A stretch of 63,125 nucleotides of DNA, counting the filler, from Guillardia theta CCMP2712 (taxonomy: Eukaryota > Protista > Cryptophyta), in assembly GCF_000315625.1 (NCBI RefSeq). It is 4 parts of 4 records of this genome, joined end to end, with 100 filler letters (N's around TTAATTAATTAA, not from the genome) between each part and the next. Parts side by side here need not be neighbours in the genome. Positions count along the whole stretch, not along the records: positions 1 to 30,800 come from NW_005434606.1; 3 more parts are not named here. One strand, 5' to 3'. Within the stretch, counting starts at the first letter, position 1. Each line of letters begins with the position of its first letter. Both the position numbers and the translations under genes were made by a program. The notes beneath the pieces were generated by a model. It did no database searches and was not told the DNA's origin. It saw nothing but the letters and a program-made list of their open reading frames with translations. Positions 15,409-29,256 of this stretch are shown here, piece by piece.

Positions 15409-18400
15409 CTAGGTTCTATACAAAGAAGTGGTGGAGTCAGAAGTGGGTCCAATACCCTGCTCACTCGCATTCCTCTTCGTTAGCCCTTCAGGATATGAAA
15501 TCAGCCATCGATCCTGCGTCCCTCCTCCTTCGCCATTGTGAGCTACAGGCATGGGATAAGAAACATGCATGGGCTCCCTCAGGTCCTCCCTCAGCGACAT
15601 CTCGATGTGTTTTCCCTTTCCTCTCGCATGTTCTTTTCCCTCATTTTGCCCTCCTGCAGCCCCGAGGTTGCTTTGCTGCGCATGCTCGATCTCGGAATCA
15701 TGTTGGTAGCGGCCATCCTCCTGCTTCAGATGAGCTTGCTGCGAGCTGCTCCTGTCGCTCACTCTCCGGCTTCCCGAGGTTGACAACCTCCTGCCCGACA
15801 TTGACCATCCTCTGTTTGACAAGAACGCGATGTGACTGTTGAAGTGACCGTCCAAGTTGACATTCTGACGAGACGAGAAGGCATGGGAGAGGAGGGAGAT
15901 GAGTTGGCAGGAAAATCCAACAATAGCACATAGGACGGGAGCCAACATGAGCCAGTAGTGTAACGTCGAGTAGTCTGCCAGGTCAAGTCAAAGGGTCAAC
16001 AAGGATGGCTGTCAGCGGCTCACTGGGTGGGATGAAGCTCGACTGGATGTCGATGGCGAAAGGCGTTCCTTGCAGGCCCGGGCCAAACCGCCTGACCTCC
16101 CTGACCTCCCTGACCTCCCTGCCTTGTTGCTCGATCTTCATCGACTGTCGTCTCCGCGATGTAGCTGCAGCAGTCAGCTTTTGCTGGGAAGTGATGAGAG
16201 TCAGAGGGGAAACTGAGGACCTTACACCTCACCTGAGCGACACAGGTGTCAATCTGACTCTGGTTGGGGAACATGGACAAGTAAGTCTGTCCGTTGGTAT
16301 CGAAGAAGCACTGCACGTAGACGCCGTTGTGTTTGACCTGGAGGCACACGAGTCAACTGCCAGGCTGCGGTAGCGCCACGTCACCTCGGGCGTTACGATC
16401 CCGAACTTGAAGGGAAAGTAGGTGATGCGATAGAGGCCGTAGAAGGGCATGCCGGTTACTGGCGAGGTCTTTTGTCCCGTCGGCCCGACGGCATAGTCGA
16501 TGGTGATGCCGACACTGCTCTGCTGCACCCCTCCAGCACACGGGAGCGTCGGGTCAGCTCCGAAGGACTCGCACATCTCAAACTGGATATCTTCGGTGCC
16601 CTGAGGGAAGGCGTCCGGGCTCGCTCGGATGTCGTTGCCGTACTTGTCTCTAGTCTGCACGAACAGGGTCGACGCCTGTCCCGTCACGATGTTGGAGAAC
16701 TCGCCGTAGGCGTACGTGTTGCTGACCTCGGCGATGGCGGAGTTGACCTCGAGGATGAAAGGAGAGCCCGCCCCCACAGCCCCGGAGAAGGAGATCTGCA
16801 AGGAGTAGCTCCCGGCCCGAGTGATCCGATAGCTTGCGCTGTAAGTCCCGTCCTTGTTGTCGAGGACCCTTGCTGTGCTGGGCACCAGGTTGGAGTTCAA
16901 CGGGGACATGGTAAGGAGGTTCCACAGCGTCATGACGACGTCAACGGAGTCTCCTCCCGGCCGCCGGTTGCCGAACGCATCTCGAGCCGTGACCGTGAAT
17001 CTCGCCATCACCCCGCAAGTGGTCAGCGTCAAGTCGCCGTTGGAAGTGGAGGCCGAGGGGTAAGTCGGGCCCGGGCCAACAGAGAGGGAGAAGGGGTTGG
17101 GGTTGGGCCGGCCGTTGAGAGGCTCGAACTCGTTAATGGAGTTGGTCGGCTGGGCGTCGTAGCCCGCGATGAGGTCCTGGTAGTCCTTGCCGCCTCGCCC
17201 TACCATGATGCTGAGGGTGTACTCCCCTGCCTTGACCGGCGTGTAGGTGCAGCTGTACTGCCCCATGCCAAGGCTGGAGACAGATGGAGAGATGCTGGGC
17301 AGGTTGGTCCCTGCAACCATGACAGAGAACTTAGCTCCGTCGGCCGGCTGTCCGAAGATATCCTGCCGAGAAGTTGATACCTTGACACATGAAGAAGGAG
17401 AGGGTTACCTGACACTGGAGCCAGAACATGGTCTTGACTCCTGCCTTGGCGATGGTCAGCCCTTGGCCAGTAGCGCTGCATCTCTTGTAGTAGGCGTCCT
17501 TGAGCTGGAAGAGGTAGAGATCTCCGTCTTCCGAGAAGGTGGAGGAAGAGTAGCTGATTCCGCCCTGCGCCATCAGGTCACTTCCTAGACGTCCACCTGC
17601 GCGTTCAGAGGGGCTGACCGTGATGTAGAGGTAGAAGTTGGTGTTGTCGAGGACGATCCCTGCTCCGAAGCGCTTGGAGGGCTGAGATCCAAGAACCTCG
17701 ATCTGAAGGAAGCTTGTCAGGCTGCGTTTGCAGCATCAGCATGCAAGGCACCAGATTCCATTGAAGGATGGAGTCGAAGCAGCTCCCTGTCGACAGACAC
17801 TGAAAGGACAGATTGTTCAGGTCCAGGTACCTGAACAATCTGTGAGTGACAACAAGCTCATTTGCACGGTGATACCAAAGATCGTTATAGACGACGAGAT
17901 CAGAGTTTGGCTTGTCTTCAAGGTATTGGTACATGGGTGATTCACAACCACTAGTGCACAAGCTCCCTAGGCCTCCAAACACCAGCAGACGTCCATTCTG
18001 ACTACCTGTGTTTCCCAGGAGAGAGACGGCCGCATCCCTCCGAGGAGATGGGCAGTTCCCGGAGAAGTCACAGGAGGTAACAAGCCGAATCTGAGTGGCC
18101 AAGTTGGAGGTGAAGTAGGTGGAATGAACGTCATTGCTCAAGGTTCCCTTTCCTGGGTTGTTCTTTCCCTTGCTTCCCTTGTCGATCAAGTTGGTCTTCT
18201 CTCCGCCGAAGATAAGGTAGGTGGTTGTCTGCAAGAGCCGTCAGCCAAGCAGGGGTCTCTCTCTCCTCTCTCCTCTTACCAGGCCCTGGAAGTTGAAAGC
18301 TACTCCCTGATGCCCGTGCAGCGGTCCTGTCAACGTGCACTTGTACGGAGCCGAGCACCACCAGCTCCCCGTGTAGCAGTAGTCAACGTACGTGTACCAG

Positions 18401-21400
18401 GTGCTGATCTCCCCGGTGCTGTTCTGACAGACCCCTTGCATGCACTCTGATAAGAGCGTCAGTTGAAGCAAACACCATGGTGCGAAAGGGCCTTACTCTG
18501 GTTGGATCCGGGCGTGCACAGGAAAGAGCTGCTGAATCTGTAGGCTGGGAGGAGGTAGTCCTTGATGCCCTGGAGAACATAACCCGAGAAGGAAGTCGTG
18601 TTGACATCTGACGGCTTTCTGTTGAGAGGGGAGAAGACCATGTTGGCGAGCATGGAGAAGGAGGGAACCCGGACCTTAGAGGAGGAGTACAAAAACTTGA
18701 TCTGCTGCATGATGCTGATGATGGTTTGCTTCCAATTGACGTTGGCTGTGAACAACTTCTGATAGAGGAAGGCTGCATCAATCGCTGAGACAGAGAAGGT
18801 CACAATGACAGTCTGATTGCTGCTCGGATACCCTTGGACGCGAACGCTGTCGTACACCTGAGATTTAATGGAGGGAAAGCCATGCTGTATGGACAGGAAG
18901 GCATTGATGAGAGTGGCTACGTCTGTGGTTGCCTGTGGGGTGTTGAGCAGAGCAAGGGTTATGTTGTCGAAGATCACTTGGATGGCGATGCCAGGCTCCT
19001 TCTGCGACAGGTCCATCATCCAGAGGTCCGAGAGAGCTTGTCCCTGGGCCCCTACCCCCCCGTAGACCATGAGCGAGTCGACGCCAGGCAGGAACTGACC
19101 GTGAGCGAGGGTGTGCATGGCTCGGGCAGCGAAGGAGCCGGAGGTTGCTCGGGGGATCGCGCCATACCAGTGCGCAGGGTCAACGCTGGTCATGGAGCTC
19201 AGAAAGTAGAGGTTGCCGTTGGCCGTCACATGATTGCTCGAGTTGCCGCCCTGATGCACGAAAGTGACGCCACTGACGTACTGCTGGACGATCCCGCCGT
19301 GGGACACGATCATGCTGCCCGCGGAGGCGAACGCGTTGAAGGCAACAGGCTGCGGAGTCTCGGCAGTGGCCTGCGTCTTGTGAATCTGCTTCCAGTTTTG
19401 GGTTGAGATGTCAAAGAGCCAGAGGTCGCTGGTGCCCTTGTAGCTTTGAATGCCTCCAAACACCAAAAGGGAGGTTGAGTCCGGCTTAGCAAGACCTGAG
19501 AAGCCACGAGGTGAAGGGCTCTCGGCATAGATGGGCATCTTGGACAGGGAAAGAGACATGTCAGCAGCGTTGAGATTGATCGTCTGCATGGCGCTGCTGA
19601 GTGTATTTGCGATGAAACCACTGAAAAGAATCACTGTCGTGCTGTTCTGAATCACGCTCTGACCCAACATCTGAGACGAAGTCGTTACGATGCTCTGCAC
19701 GGTGGTGCCGGCGTTGTAGTCGACTTGATCCAACTCCATGGCGCTCGACGTGAAGGGCTGGGGGGTCTCTTGAAGGAGGTTCAAGGGGTTGTAGTCTGAG
19801 AACGATCCTCCGATGATCAAGATGTTATGATCAGCAGCACCGAGGTTGATGATGGACATGCCTACCCTCCCTTGCAGGGCGGGGCTCAGCTCGATGAGGG
19901 TGAAGGGGTTCAGACCGTTGAGCGCTTTGTCGAGGTTAAACTCCCAGAGGTCGTTGAGAGGAGCCGTCAGGTTGGCGCAGACCTGCTGCCCGTTGACTGT
20001 GACGGTCGTCAGACACCCGTAACCCCCGAAGATCAGCACAGTCTGAAAGCTAGTGGCTACTCCCGCATGCCCAAAGCGAGCCGAGGGCCAGATCGCGCTC
20101 GCCAAGGACGAGGAGCAGGAGGAGGCGCCGCCCGGACAGATTTGTTTCCAGCCGGAGCGAGGGCGGTAGGTGTGGTCAGGGAGGAAGAAGTTTGCCTGAT
20201 AGCTGTCAAGGTCAGAGATGGAGGAGACATCCGGCCTTGTTGTCTGCTCGGCGAGAGGCATGCGGGACACCACTCCTCCTCCCAGCAGAGCGACGAGCTC
20301 CTTGTTGTTGGGCTCCTGTGGCAAGCACAACCTCTCACCGCACGATTTTGCGTTTCCATTCAACAGGCAGCACATGGGACTAGACACGACCGTGTAGATT
20401 CCAGGCTGAGTGAAGGTGCCTGTGGCTGTGTCGGAGGGCATGTATGCAGTGCTGTTCGCTACTCTGAACCACAGCTGCGAGCTCTGGTTGTACATGACGA
20501 TGCTCGCCTCGCCAGGCAGGCAAACCTTGAGCGCATGATCTGCCGTTATGGTGCAGCCGCCGGTCGACCTCCGGACAGTGTCATTCACCCCGAGAGAGAT
20601 TTTTCCTGAGAAGGTGGGAGATGACGAACTGATCTTGTAGGCAAAGCTGTCGAAGCCAGTGAGGGTATCGTTCTGCGAGAGCTTCCCCACCATGGCTGAC
20701 GTCAAGCCCATGAAGAGAGCCTGATCTAGGATGCTGACCGACCCTGCCGCGTCTTGCGCATCCGTCACGACCTCTCCCACCGGCGCTGTTATGCCGTCGG
20801 GCTGTATCAACTGGATCAGAGAAGTTTGACCCGGAGTCAAGGAGATATGGTTGAAGGTCAGCAGGGCGCTCGACCCGGTGAAGGGGACGTAAGTCAGGTT
20901 CCCCGAGCTCGAGCACGAGAGAGAAACGATGCTGATCGGCACCCTGGGCGTGAGACCGTTACGAACAAGAAACGAAACTTCTATCATGGGCGTCTCTTGA
21001 GGTGAGAACTGCAGGGAGCTGGTGACAGAGAACTTAAGAGTTCCTTGCTGGCTCCACTCTGCCTTCCCGATCTCTTGCCCAGAGCTCGAAGTCCAGACTG
21101 AGACGCCCGGACACTCGGCCCCGGAGCCGCACGCTTGCCCTCCGCACAAGAAGTTGCGCTGTATGCTGGGACAGGATACCGAGAGCAATCCACTCGGCGT
21201 CTGCGTCCCTACAAGGCCTGTGATGGTGAAGACGATGGGGTTCTGCTGACTGGCCTGCACGCTCAGCCCGTTGATGGGGTCGACGGCCTCATCCACTACC
21301 ATGCGCAAGGTCAGCGTGTTGTTGGCGCCAGGAGTCTCGTCGGAAGACTGCCCGGTGAACGAGTACTGGATCTCGTTGCTGCAGATGCAGAAGTCGTAAG

Positions 21401-24400
21401 AGGTCTCCACGAAGTTGGGGATGCACTTGCAGCTGGAGGTACAGCTCGAGCCAGGACCGTTGAGAGAGCCCAGGTCACATTGCTCGAGGTAGCAGGAGGG
21501 AGACTGCACCTGACCGTAGGAGGAGGAGACTTTGACGCCGTCCCCGCAGACATGAGGCTGAGGGTCAACATAGCTTGACTGGATGCTGCCGCATTGCGAC
21601 AGGTAATTGCCGTAGTAATCCCAGGTTTGCTGTGCGGAACTAAATGTGCTCTGTACTTCTTGAAACACAGCGGACGCGTCGGCGAGGGAGACGTTGACAA
21701 ACAACTCGACTGTGTCACTTGACGTGGAGGCGAGGTAGTCGAACTGGAAGCTCGAAAGATTGAGGAGCTGCGCGAGATATGGCTCGCACGTGCTGACGTC
21801 AAATCCGTATTGATATTGGAATTGAAATGCCGTCAAGACGTAGGAAGTGAAAGGAAGACTGCATGCTGCTGAAGTTCTGATGCTAGCTGACGAGCTTGCA
21901 GGCTGTTTGCCATGCCTCTTAGGGTACTTCCTCGCAAACTCCTTCTTGTGTTCCCACCTCACTCTCTCGACCCCAGCCTCGTGCATCCTTGCGCTTGTTT
22001 GCAAGCTAGTGTTTGACGTCGATGAAGAGGAGTTTGAAGACTGTGACTGAGATGTTGAATCTGATGAGCCAGTTGTTGACGCTAACATCCAATTAGGAAG
22101 ACAACATGAGCCAACATTGCAGCCAGTAGCATTGCCCAGAAAGTTGTCTCCACTACAAATCCAGCTGCCATCAGGCTGTACCGTCCATTGCATGCAAAAG
22201 TGAATATGCTTGCAACAGGTTTCTCCTGTTGCATATTGGTCGTTGTTGAAGTAGTAATAGTAGGAAGAATAGTAGGAAGAATAGTAGGAAGAATAGTAGG
22301 AATAGTTGGAAGAGGAAGAGGAAGAGGTGGAAGAGCAGGTGTAACACTTGAAGTTGATCGACCCAGGGGTGTCGGGGCGAAGGAGAGAGCCGTAGGTTGT
22401 GCTTGAGTTCAAGGGGCTGAAGCAGCTGCAGGTCCACTGGGTACAGAAGTCACTGGGGCACCATTCAACGTCAACAGCGACACAAGACTCCGTTGAGTTG
22501 GTTGTCAGGTTGCAGGCCTTGTAGACTGAGTCCACGGAGTCGAAGTAGAGCCCAGCAGTGCAGGAGGCGCAGACTCGGAAGAGGCCGGTCGGACAAGAGC
22601 AGTCCTTTATCTTGCTTGGGCATTTCTTTGCATCCAGACATTCGCAAGTTCCGTCCCTTGCGTAACCCGCGATGACTGGCTCGTCGAAGGTGACGGACAT
22701 GGACGCGGCGCAATCCAAGTCAAACTCTTGGCACTTGTCGTATACACAAGCGTCTGCATTCGGACATCCGTCACATGTGGCAGTGAGAAAGGACTTTCTC
22801 GTGCAGCTCTGCTGATTTTGATTCCCATCGACACATTCGCAGGCGGCGGGACCTCCGTTGGCTTTGTTCTTGGCAACCCCGTTGGCTGAGAAGTGTGTGC
22901 TGAATTCAAGATCCACGAGCAGCATGTCTTGATCTTGTGCCCTCACCGAGCCGGAAAGCATGTTCTGATACACCGGCATCGCGACATGCCAGATCTCAAC
23001 TTGGTCCTCCTGTCTTACAAGTCAGTGTGGGAGTGGGAACAAGCAAAGACTTGCACTTGCCGTGATCACTTGGTTTGTTAAGGGATCTATGGCATTGGAA
23101 GACATCGAGCCGTCCTGAAGCTGAGAGTATGTAAAGGCGTAAGGGTTGCAGCGAGAGGGGTCCTCTCTTGGAGGACAAGCAGGCCACCAAACCCTCAAGT
23201 TGCCCATGCTACCAGTGAAGTACTGGTACGAGCTTGTTGGAGACGAGGGGTCGTTCCCGCCATAGAAGACGTGAGTCAGACCGGTGGTGAGTCGAAGAGA
23301 TGTGGTGACGTCCGGGTCGAAGGGCACAATCTCGTTCTCTTGCATACGTTTGCCGTCGATGAAGAGGAAGGACTGAGCGATCAGCGCGTCTGGCAGCGAG
23401 TCTATGGAGGAGTACACCCTCCCAAACCTCAGGCTCAAGCACAGGTGGTGCCATCTCCCCGCCAGTGGCAGAGCGAGAGGGCCCCACTTCTTGACAACAA
23501 TCTCGTTCTGTCGCCACATGCCATGTCATCGCATCGCACACCACCAAAGCATGCATCACCTTGCCAGGTTGCAGTAACAGGACGATGAAAGTTCCTTCAT
23601 TCGTGTTCTGTATGAATGTCCTGAGCATGGTTGTTGGACCATTGTTCAGATCGAAGAGAATGATGTTTCCACAAGCGTTGGAGTTGACAAGGAGCCAAGA
23701 ATCCATCCACAAGCTTGAAAGGCTTGTCTTGTCTCCGCACCTGAGTCAAGTGAGAGGTCTCAAAAGAATATACACAAGTTGGACCATGAAGGCAGCTGCA
23801 CAGATATGAAATCATCCATCCCATCGAACGTCACCATCGTTTCTCCTGGAATCGTTTCCTGCACAAGATGAACAATGAGGCAAGATCAAGATTGTTCAGA
23901 TCCAGATTACCTTTCTTGCCATGTCGATCATCCAGACATCATTCAAGGGTTGCGGAACATCGCAACTCGGGTTCGCATGGAAACAGTCCCATTGAGCTCC
24001 GCCCACCATCAACACAGCATTCTTCACAGACTCCAACTGCCCAAGGACTACCATGGTAGAGAAGACGCGCGCTGCTGGCTTCAAGGCTCCTGGGTCAACT
24101 TTAAGCCATTGGAGAGCGACGAGGTCAAAGATCCACAAGTCGTTGATGGCCACGAAGGTCTTGCTCTTGTACGACTTCCCGGGACAGCTTGCCGTTGACG
24201 AGGTGATGCCTCCAAACGTCAAGGACCACATCCCGGAGGGAGAGGTCGCAGCGTGTGCCAGCTTGCCCGGCCCGATCGCAGTCACAGGGGCTTGGCATGA
24301 AGGCAGGTCGCCTCGAAGGCAGGTCCACTTGAAGAGAGTCAGGTCCAGCTCCCACAAGTCGTCCAAGAGTCGCGGGCCCACCGCCAACCCCAAGGTGACG

Positions 24401-25858
24401 ACCATCTTGGACGAAGACTCGTCGTAGAGCGCGATGTGCCCGCTCCTCGCCACTGGATGATTCCCCGACGGCAGGACTGCAAGAGGTCTCAATCACATAT
24501 CTTTGAGCAAGAGCACAGGAAACATCACCCTTGCTCCATCCATCGGCTGGTACGAAAGAACCCACATACCCGGAGGGCATTCCATCTCCAAGAATGCCGC
24601 CAAAGGAAACGGTCTGTCCGCCGTCACTTTGAGACTGGATCACTACTTGATGTGAAACGCCGGGAGCGGCTTCTGAGACAGCATATTGCTTCCATGAGTT
24701 GGTGAGGATGTTGTAATCCCAGGTATCCGAGAGCACCTGGGGAGCCACAACAATCAGACACGTGCTCTCAACTTCAGCAGTTCATCATCACCGAGGAAAG
24801 GCCGACGCCTCCCGACCCCTGCCCGCCATGGATGTAGATAGTGAAGCCCTCGATCCACATGCTGAAGAAGGCCCGAGCATTCGGCTTGTTGGTTGCCGAC
24901 ATTATTCGCTTCCACTGTGAGATGTCTGGTTGGTTGAAGTTTTGAAGCACCCACATGTCATCTTGTAGCACGATGCCATCCAGACCATTGAACACATATC
25001 CTGCATAGATGTAGAGTGTTTGGGAGTTGGAATAGATCACAGACTGATGGCCGAACCTCGGAGGAGGTGACAAGGATTTGACATGGGGATCGCATGACTT
25101 CCAGGAGTACCGACCCCCGGCAAAGGGATCCACAGATGAGTCGAGATACCAACAGTCTCCTAGAGCGTTTGAAGACTCTCGAGAGACCCCCCCAAACAAG
25201 ACGATCATGTTCAGATCGCTGTAAGCCATGCTGTGTCCCCATCGTTGCGTGGGGATCGCTTGACCGATAGCTTGCAGAGGCTTCCACTGAGGAAAAGGAT
25301 CATAGGAGAACCAGAAGCAATCGAGGAGGCTGCTATTGTTTCGATACGTGTGCGAGGACCCATTGAACCCTGAAAACCCTCCACACATGAGCGCAAAGGA
25401 CGACGCGCCCACCATGCTATGACCAGCTCGTGCACCAGGTAGAACTAAGTTTCCAACCGTACTGACGCAGCCTGTTGAAACATATTGGAATCCTTGTTCA
25501 AAGGACATGGCGCTCCAAGTCTGAGCTGAAAAGTCGTACATCCACATGTCGTCTACAACACTTTCGATGCCGTTCACCACTATCACCCTGCAAACACTTG
25601 TTACTGCAATCATGACGAAAACTATATGTGGTGTTACCCTCCGAATATAAACCCTTTTCCTGAATGACTGTTCAGGTTAAACCCTGCATGGCTGTATCGT
25701 GCCGTTGGACTTTGTCCGATGGGGTTTACCTGTTGCCATTGCAAAGCTTTTTGTGCAAGTCAGGACAGAGACAAGTTTGGCAATCATAACAATGTCTTAC
25801 GAGTCTGACTTGACTTCCAAGTGAACACGAGCAACAGCACAAGGACGTTTAGCCTCAT
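15409..25858 (-). CDS. Giant (roughly 3000 aa) type I membrane protein: signal peptide, Kelch repeats, LamG/ConA-like domain, Cys-rich region, myxobacterial-type CGDG Cys repeat, second Kelch block, filamin/ABP280 repeats, TM, cytosolic tail
   Basis: ATG 25858 gives MRLNVLVLLLVFTWKSSQT. Kelch motifs (PPPRFGHQS..LYIYAG, ARSGHIA..DDLWELD, PSARFGHAG..LIFGG); LamG (FDGMDD, GRWHHL, FTGSMGNLRVW); CGDGV..EQCDLG..CTSSCKC; filamin repeats (ARFTVTARDAFGN, DNKDGTYSASYRITRAGSY, GSPFILEV); TM-like WLMLAPVLCAIVGFSCQLISLL. Largest exon ORF is 18459-22979. Confidence 0.85.
22256..22305 (-). repeat. In-frame 12-bp tandem repeat encoding (SSYY)n within the giant protein
   Basis: TAGTAGGAAGAA is repeated on the + strand; the translation is SNYSYYSSYYSSYYSSYYYYF. 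Confidence 0.85.
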
Positions 25859-26289
25859 CCTCCTCTACCAGGCCTGCGCAGCCACTGCGAGCGATCAGAG
25901 GCGATCACAAGCCGCCATGTTCACGTCGGAAGCGTGAACGTAGGTGGCATTACCACCCTCCACATCCCGGTCCTACTACATGCCAGGACCCCTCCATATA
26001 TTCGTATACGAGGGGGTACAAGTGCATTTGCGCAGAGGACTACCCCTGGGGGTTTCCAACCGGTACATTATCGTAAAGATAAAGAAGCCAAATACCTCCG
26101 CTGAAATTTGAAACTTGGAAAAATTCAGATGAAAATATTGAAAGTTTCTGGAAGGTTTTTGGCACCATCCGATTTTAACCCGGCAGGTTTGTGCTCTACA
26201 TCCATTATAAGTGCCTGTTTAACACCTTTATCAACTTTGAGTTAACTCCTTGCCCTTTCAAAGTTCTACTAGGGTCCTTTCAGTTCTAG

Positions 26290-26856
26290 ACGTCGCGCGA
26301 CATTATGACAGTGATCGGACATCATCGGATCCGGGCCGGGGTCACCCGTGCCAACTTCCGCACTAGGCCGCCTGGCGGCAACCTGGCTTTGAACGGTCAC
26401 ATGAACTGGCCTTGAACTGTAGCCCGGCGGTGTGCCAGGTGATGATGAAGGCCACCGCGGCGGCGTGTGGCAGTAGTACTCAGTGTATCAATGATCCCAC
26501 AGCCTCCGATCATGTTCAAACGGTTCCTGACAAGATCGGCGGCCGCAGTCACTGAGTGACGCGCCGGGCGGCCGGGTCCGGGTCCGATCCACGGCCGTGA
26601 CTGCCGTACGGCAGTGGCCGCCAGCCACTGTCACTGAGTGACGGGCACTGCGGCCGCACACCGCCACTGGCAGTGGCCGCCAGCCAGTGACGGGCACTGC
26701 GGCCGCACACCGACTCAGTCGTGACGGTGGCACTGGCAGCGGCCGGGCGGCCCGGCCTTCAAGCGGTCAGCCGCGCCGGGTGCCGGGCCCGGGGCCCGGC
26801 GGGCGGCGGCGGCGTGCCCTTGCTGTAGGCCTAGTTTTCAATTCGTCCGCGCGACG
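26290..26856. other. GC-rich, palindrome-dense intergenic island A
   Basis: Dense CGGCCG/CCGG/GTCACT/AGTGAC words. Internal direct repeat at 26610-26663 vs 26669-26712. Bounded by a 9-bp inverted repeat CGTCGCGCG (26291) / CGCGCGACG (26848). Confidence 0.6.
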
Positions 26857-27012
26857 CTATATGTCGGATAGAGATAGAGCCCGAATGGTGCAATGGAGAA
26901 CAAGGTGTTGTTGTAGCGATGGAACAAAGAGACTCTCGGAGCTCATGGAGACAGTCCTGTCCTCTCCTCCCTGTTAGCTTCCTCCTCCTCTCCCTACTCT
27001 CAGATCTCAGCC

Positions 27013-28675
27013 ATGAGACCTTCGAGATTTCTTCGGCTGGGAGCTCTGTTCCTGTTCCAACTGGTATCCGTCCTAGGAAACTCGACGCTCTTAGCAAACT
27101 GGACGGACTGTTCGGAGATTCTTCTTCCTGCTGCTAACACAATAGGGGGATGCCAACGTTCGGATTGCAGGGTCTCTTACGGACATTCCACCGCGAACCC
27201 CGACTGCGGTTGTGACGCATGGACAGGGTTTCAGCTCTCGGCCTTCAATCCTGAGATTCCGCAGAGCACAGAGAAAACGCTGCGAGGAGAGCCTTTCAAT
27301 GGATCTTTCTCGAATCCCGAAGCAAGCTACATCGGCATCCACCTTCCGGGGCAAGAGGTCATCCTTACCATGATTTCTCTTGTGCCCCGAGCGCAGGGTA
27401 GCGACTGGATCCCGCGTCCCCATCCCTACAACAATCAGAGCTATTCCCTTGATTGGGCAGCTGCGCTGATAGGAGCGAAGGTACAAGCATCGGCTGACGG
27501 AGCCTCGTGGCTGGACCTGTACGAGATCTCGTCCAAGCCTTCTCCTCACCCGGCTGTTACCAACATCTCCATCGACCGCATGCTTCCGAATGCCTGCCAT
27601 GGATACTCATTCTTTCGGCTGTACCAGCCCAACACCATTCAGCGCATCTACTTTGTCAACACTGAGTTCGGTCCTGTTCAAGTGAACGAGACCATCGGAG
27701 TTGTCAGTGTCAACCAGCTGCACTTCTATGGAGTACGTGCACCGCAATCTAGCACCAATGTTTCATGCTTGCTCCATGCCCCTCGTCTCTTCGCTCAGAC
27801 CTATCCTCCTCCTGGCTTCTTCCTCAACGAAATCGAGGTCGTCCTACTAAGCTTGGTAGCAGCATGCAACTCCAGCTTCTGGTACACCGTGGACGACAGC
27901 ACCCCTAGGATTGGATGGTACGGGCAGCGGCAGGACGGAGGAGGGTCGATTCTTCCGGACCGGAAGCTTGAGATTGTCCCTGTTGTTCTGCCTGGGACGC
28001 TGGCGACGGTGAATCTACAGGTGATGCAGATCATTGTGAAGGATGGGGTCGTCTACCAAGCACCAGTCCTCTCCTTCCCTTTCAAGATCCCTCAGATTGG
28101 GTTGCTGTCCGTCTGCCCAGCTGGAAGCCAGCTCTTTCCCGGCTTCACCTGGTGCTACCGAGCCCACACCTTGTCTGACGCAAAGTCCTTCTGGGATGCG
28201 GAGAGGAGCTGCCAGAGTGAGGGAGGGCACCTTGCGAGCGTCTCCTCGCAGGCAGAGAACGACTTTATCACCAGCATCGTCCGAGAGGCGAACGGGCTCA
28301 CCGACCCCTCTGCTCTCCTATCAGGCAGCAAGAGCATGGTGTGGATAGGACTGTATAAGGACGCAAACAGCTCCGGGCTGAGGTGGACGGATTACTCCAA
28401 GGTCAAGTACATGAACTGGATCGACTCGATGCCTCTGCATCCCAACAAGACTTGCTCGCTCTTCGGGGCGGGAGACTGGTGGCAGTCGGAGTGCAAAGAG
28501 CAGGTAGGGAGGAACTGTGCCGGCAGGAAGTGGGGTCCGTGGGAGGGGAGATGGGGAGACGTTGTCGGGTTGGGATACAACGATGAGCCGGAGTATTGCT
28601 ATCATCAAGACACGGCGAGCATGGTTAGATGATTGCAATCTTTTGCTAACCAATCTGACCACATCCTCCTTCCTT

Positions 28676-28739
<64 letters not shown>

Positions 28740-29220
28740 TTTTCTCTCCCGTAACAGGTCCCAACGAAATATCCATGCTACCAGCCTTCGTGGGTTGGAA
28801 CTGCATCAGATGATCCTTGTCGGCAACCTTTCGGGTTCGAGGAGGAGGAGGAGATCGAAGAGGAGAAATCAAGGAGGAGGAGATTGACATGTTTCTTCAG
28901 GTACGTTTGCAAGTTCACGGGCCAGATCGTCTGTGCTCCTGGCTACTACAACGAGTCCGGAACACTTCCATGCTCTCCATGCGCAGCTGGTGAATATTCG
29001 TCAGAGGTATCTAGATGAGAGGAAGGGAGAAGGTAGAGGATGAAACTTTTCGGCAGTACAACGCAACTGCGTGCGCTTCCTGCCTTCCCGGTGCTTTTAG
29101 CTCCCCATCCAGCGCAGGCTGCAACGTGGCAGGTGAGAAGTCAAAAAAGAGTGAGGAAAGGTTCAGAGGAGCTCAGAGCATGAAGTGTATGGAGATGATG
29201 AGGATGATGATCAATATGGA

Positions 29221-29256
<36 letters not shown>

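Noticed and set aside
26291-26856. MITE defined by the 9-bp terminal inverted repeat of island A
   Set aside because: The IR is short and GC-rich, there is no target-site duplication, and islands B and C lack matching ends.
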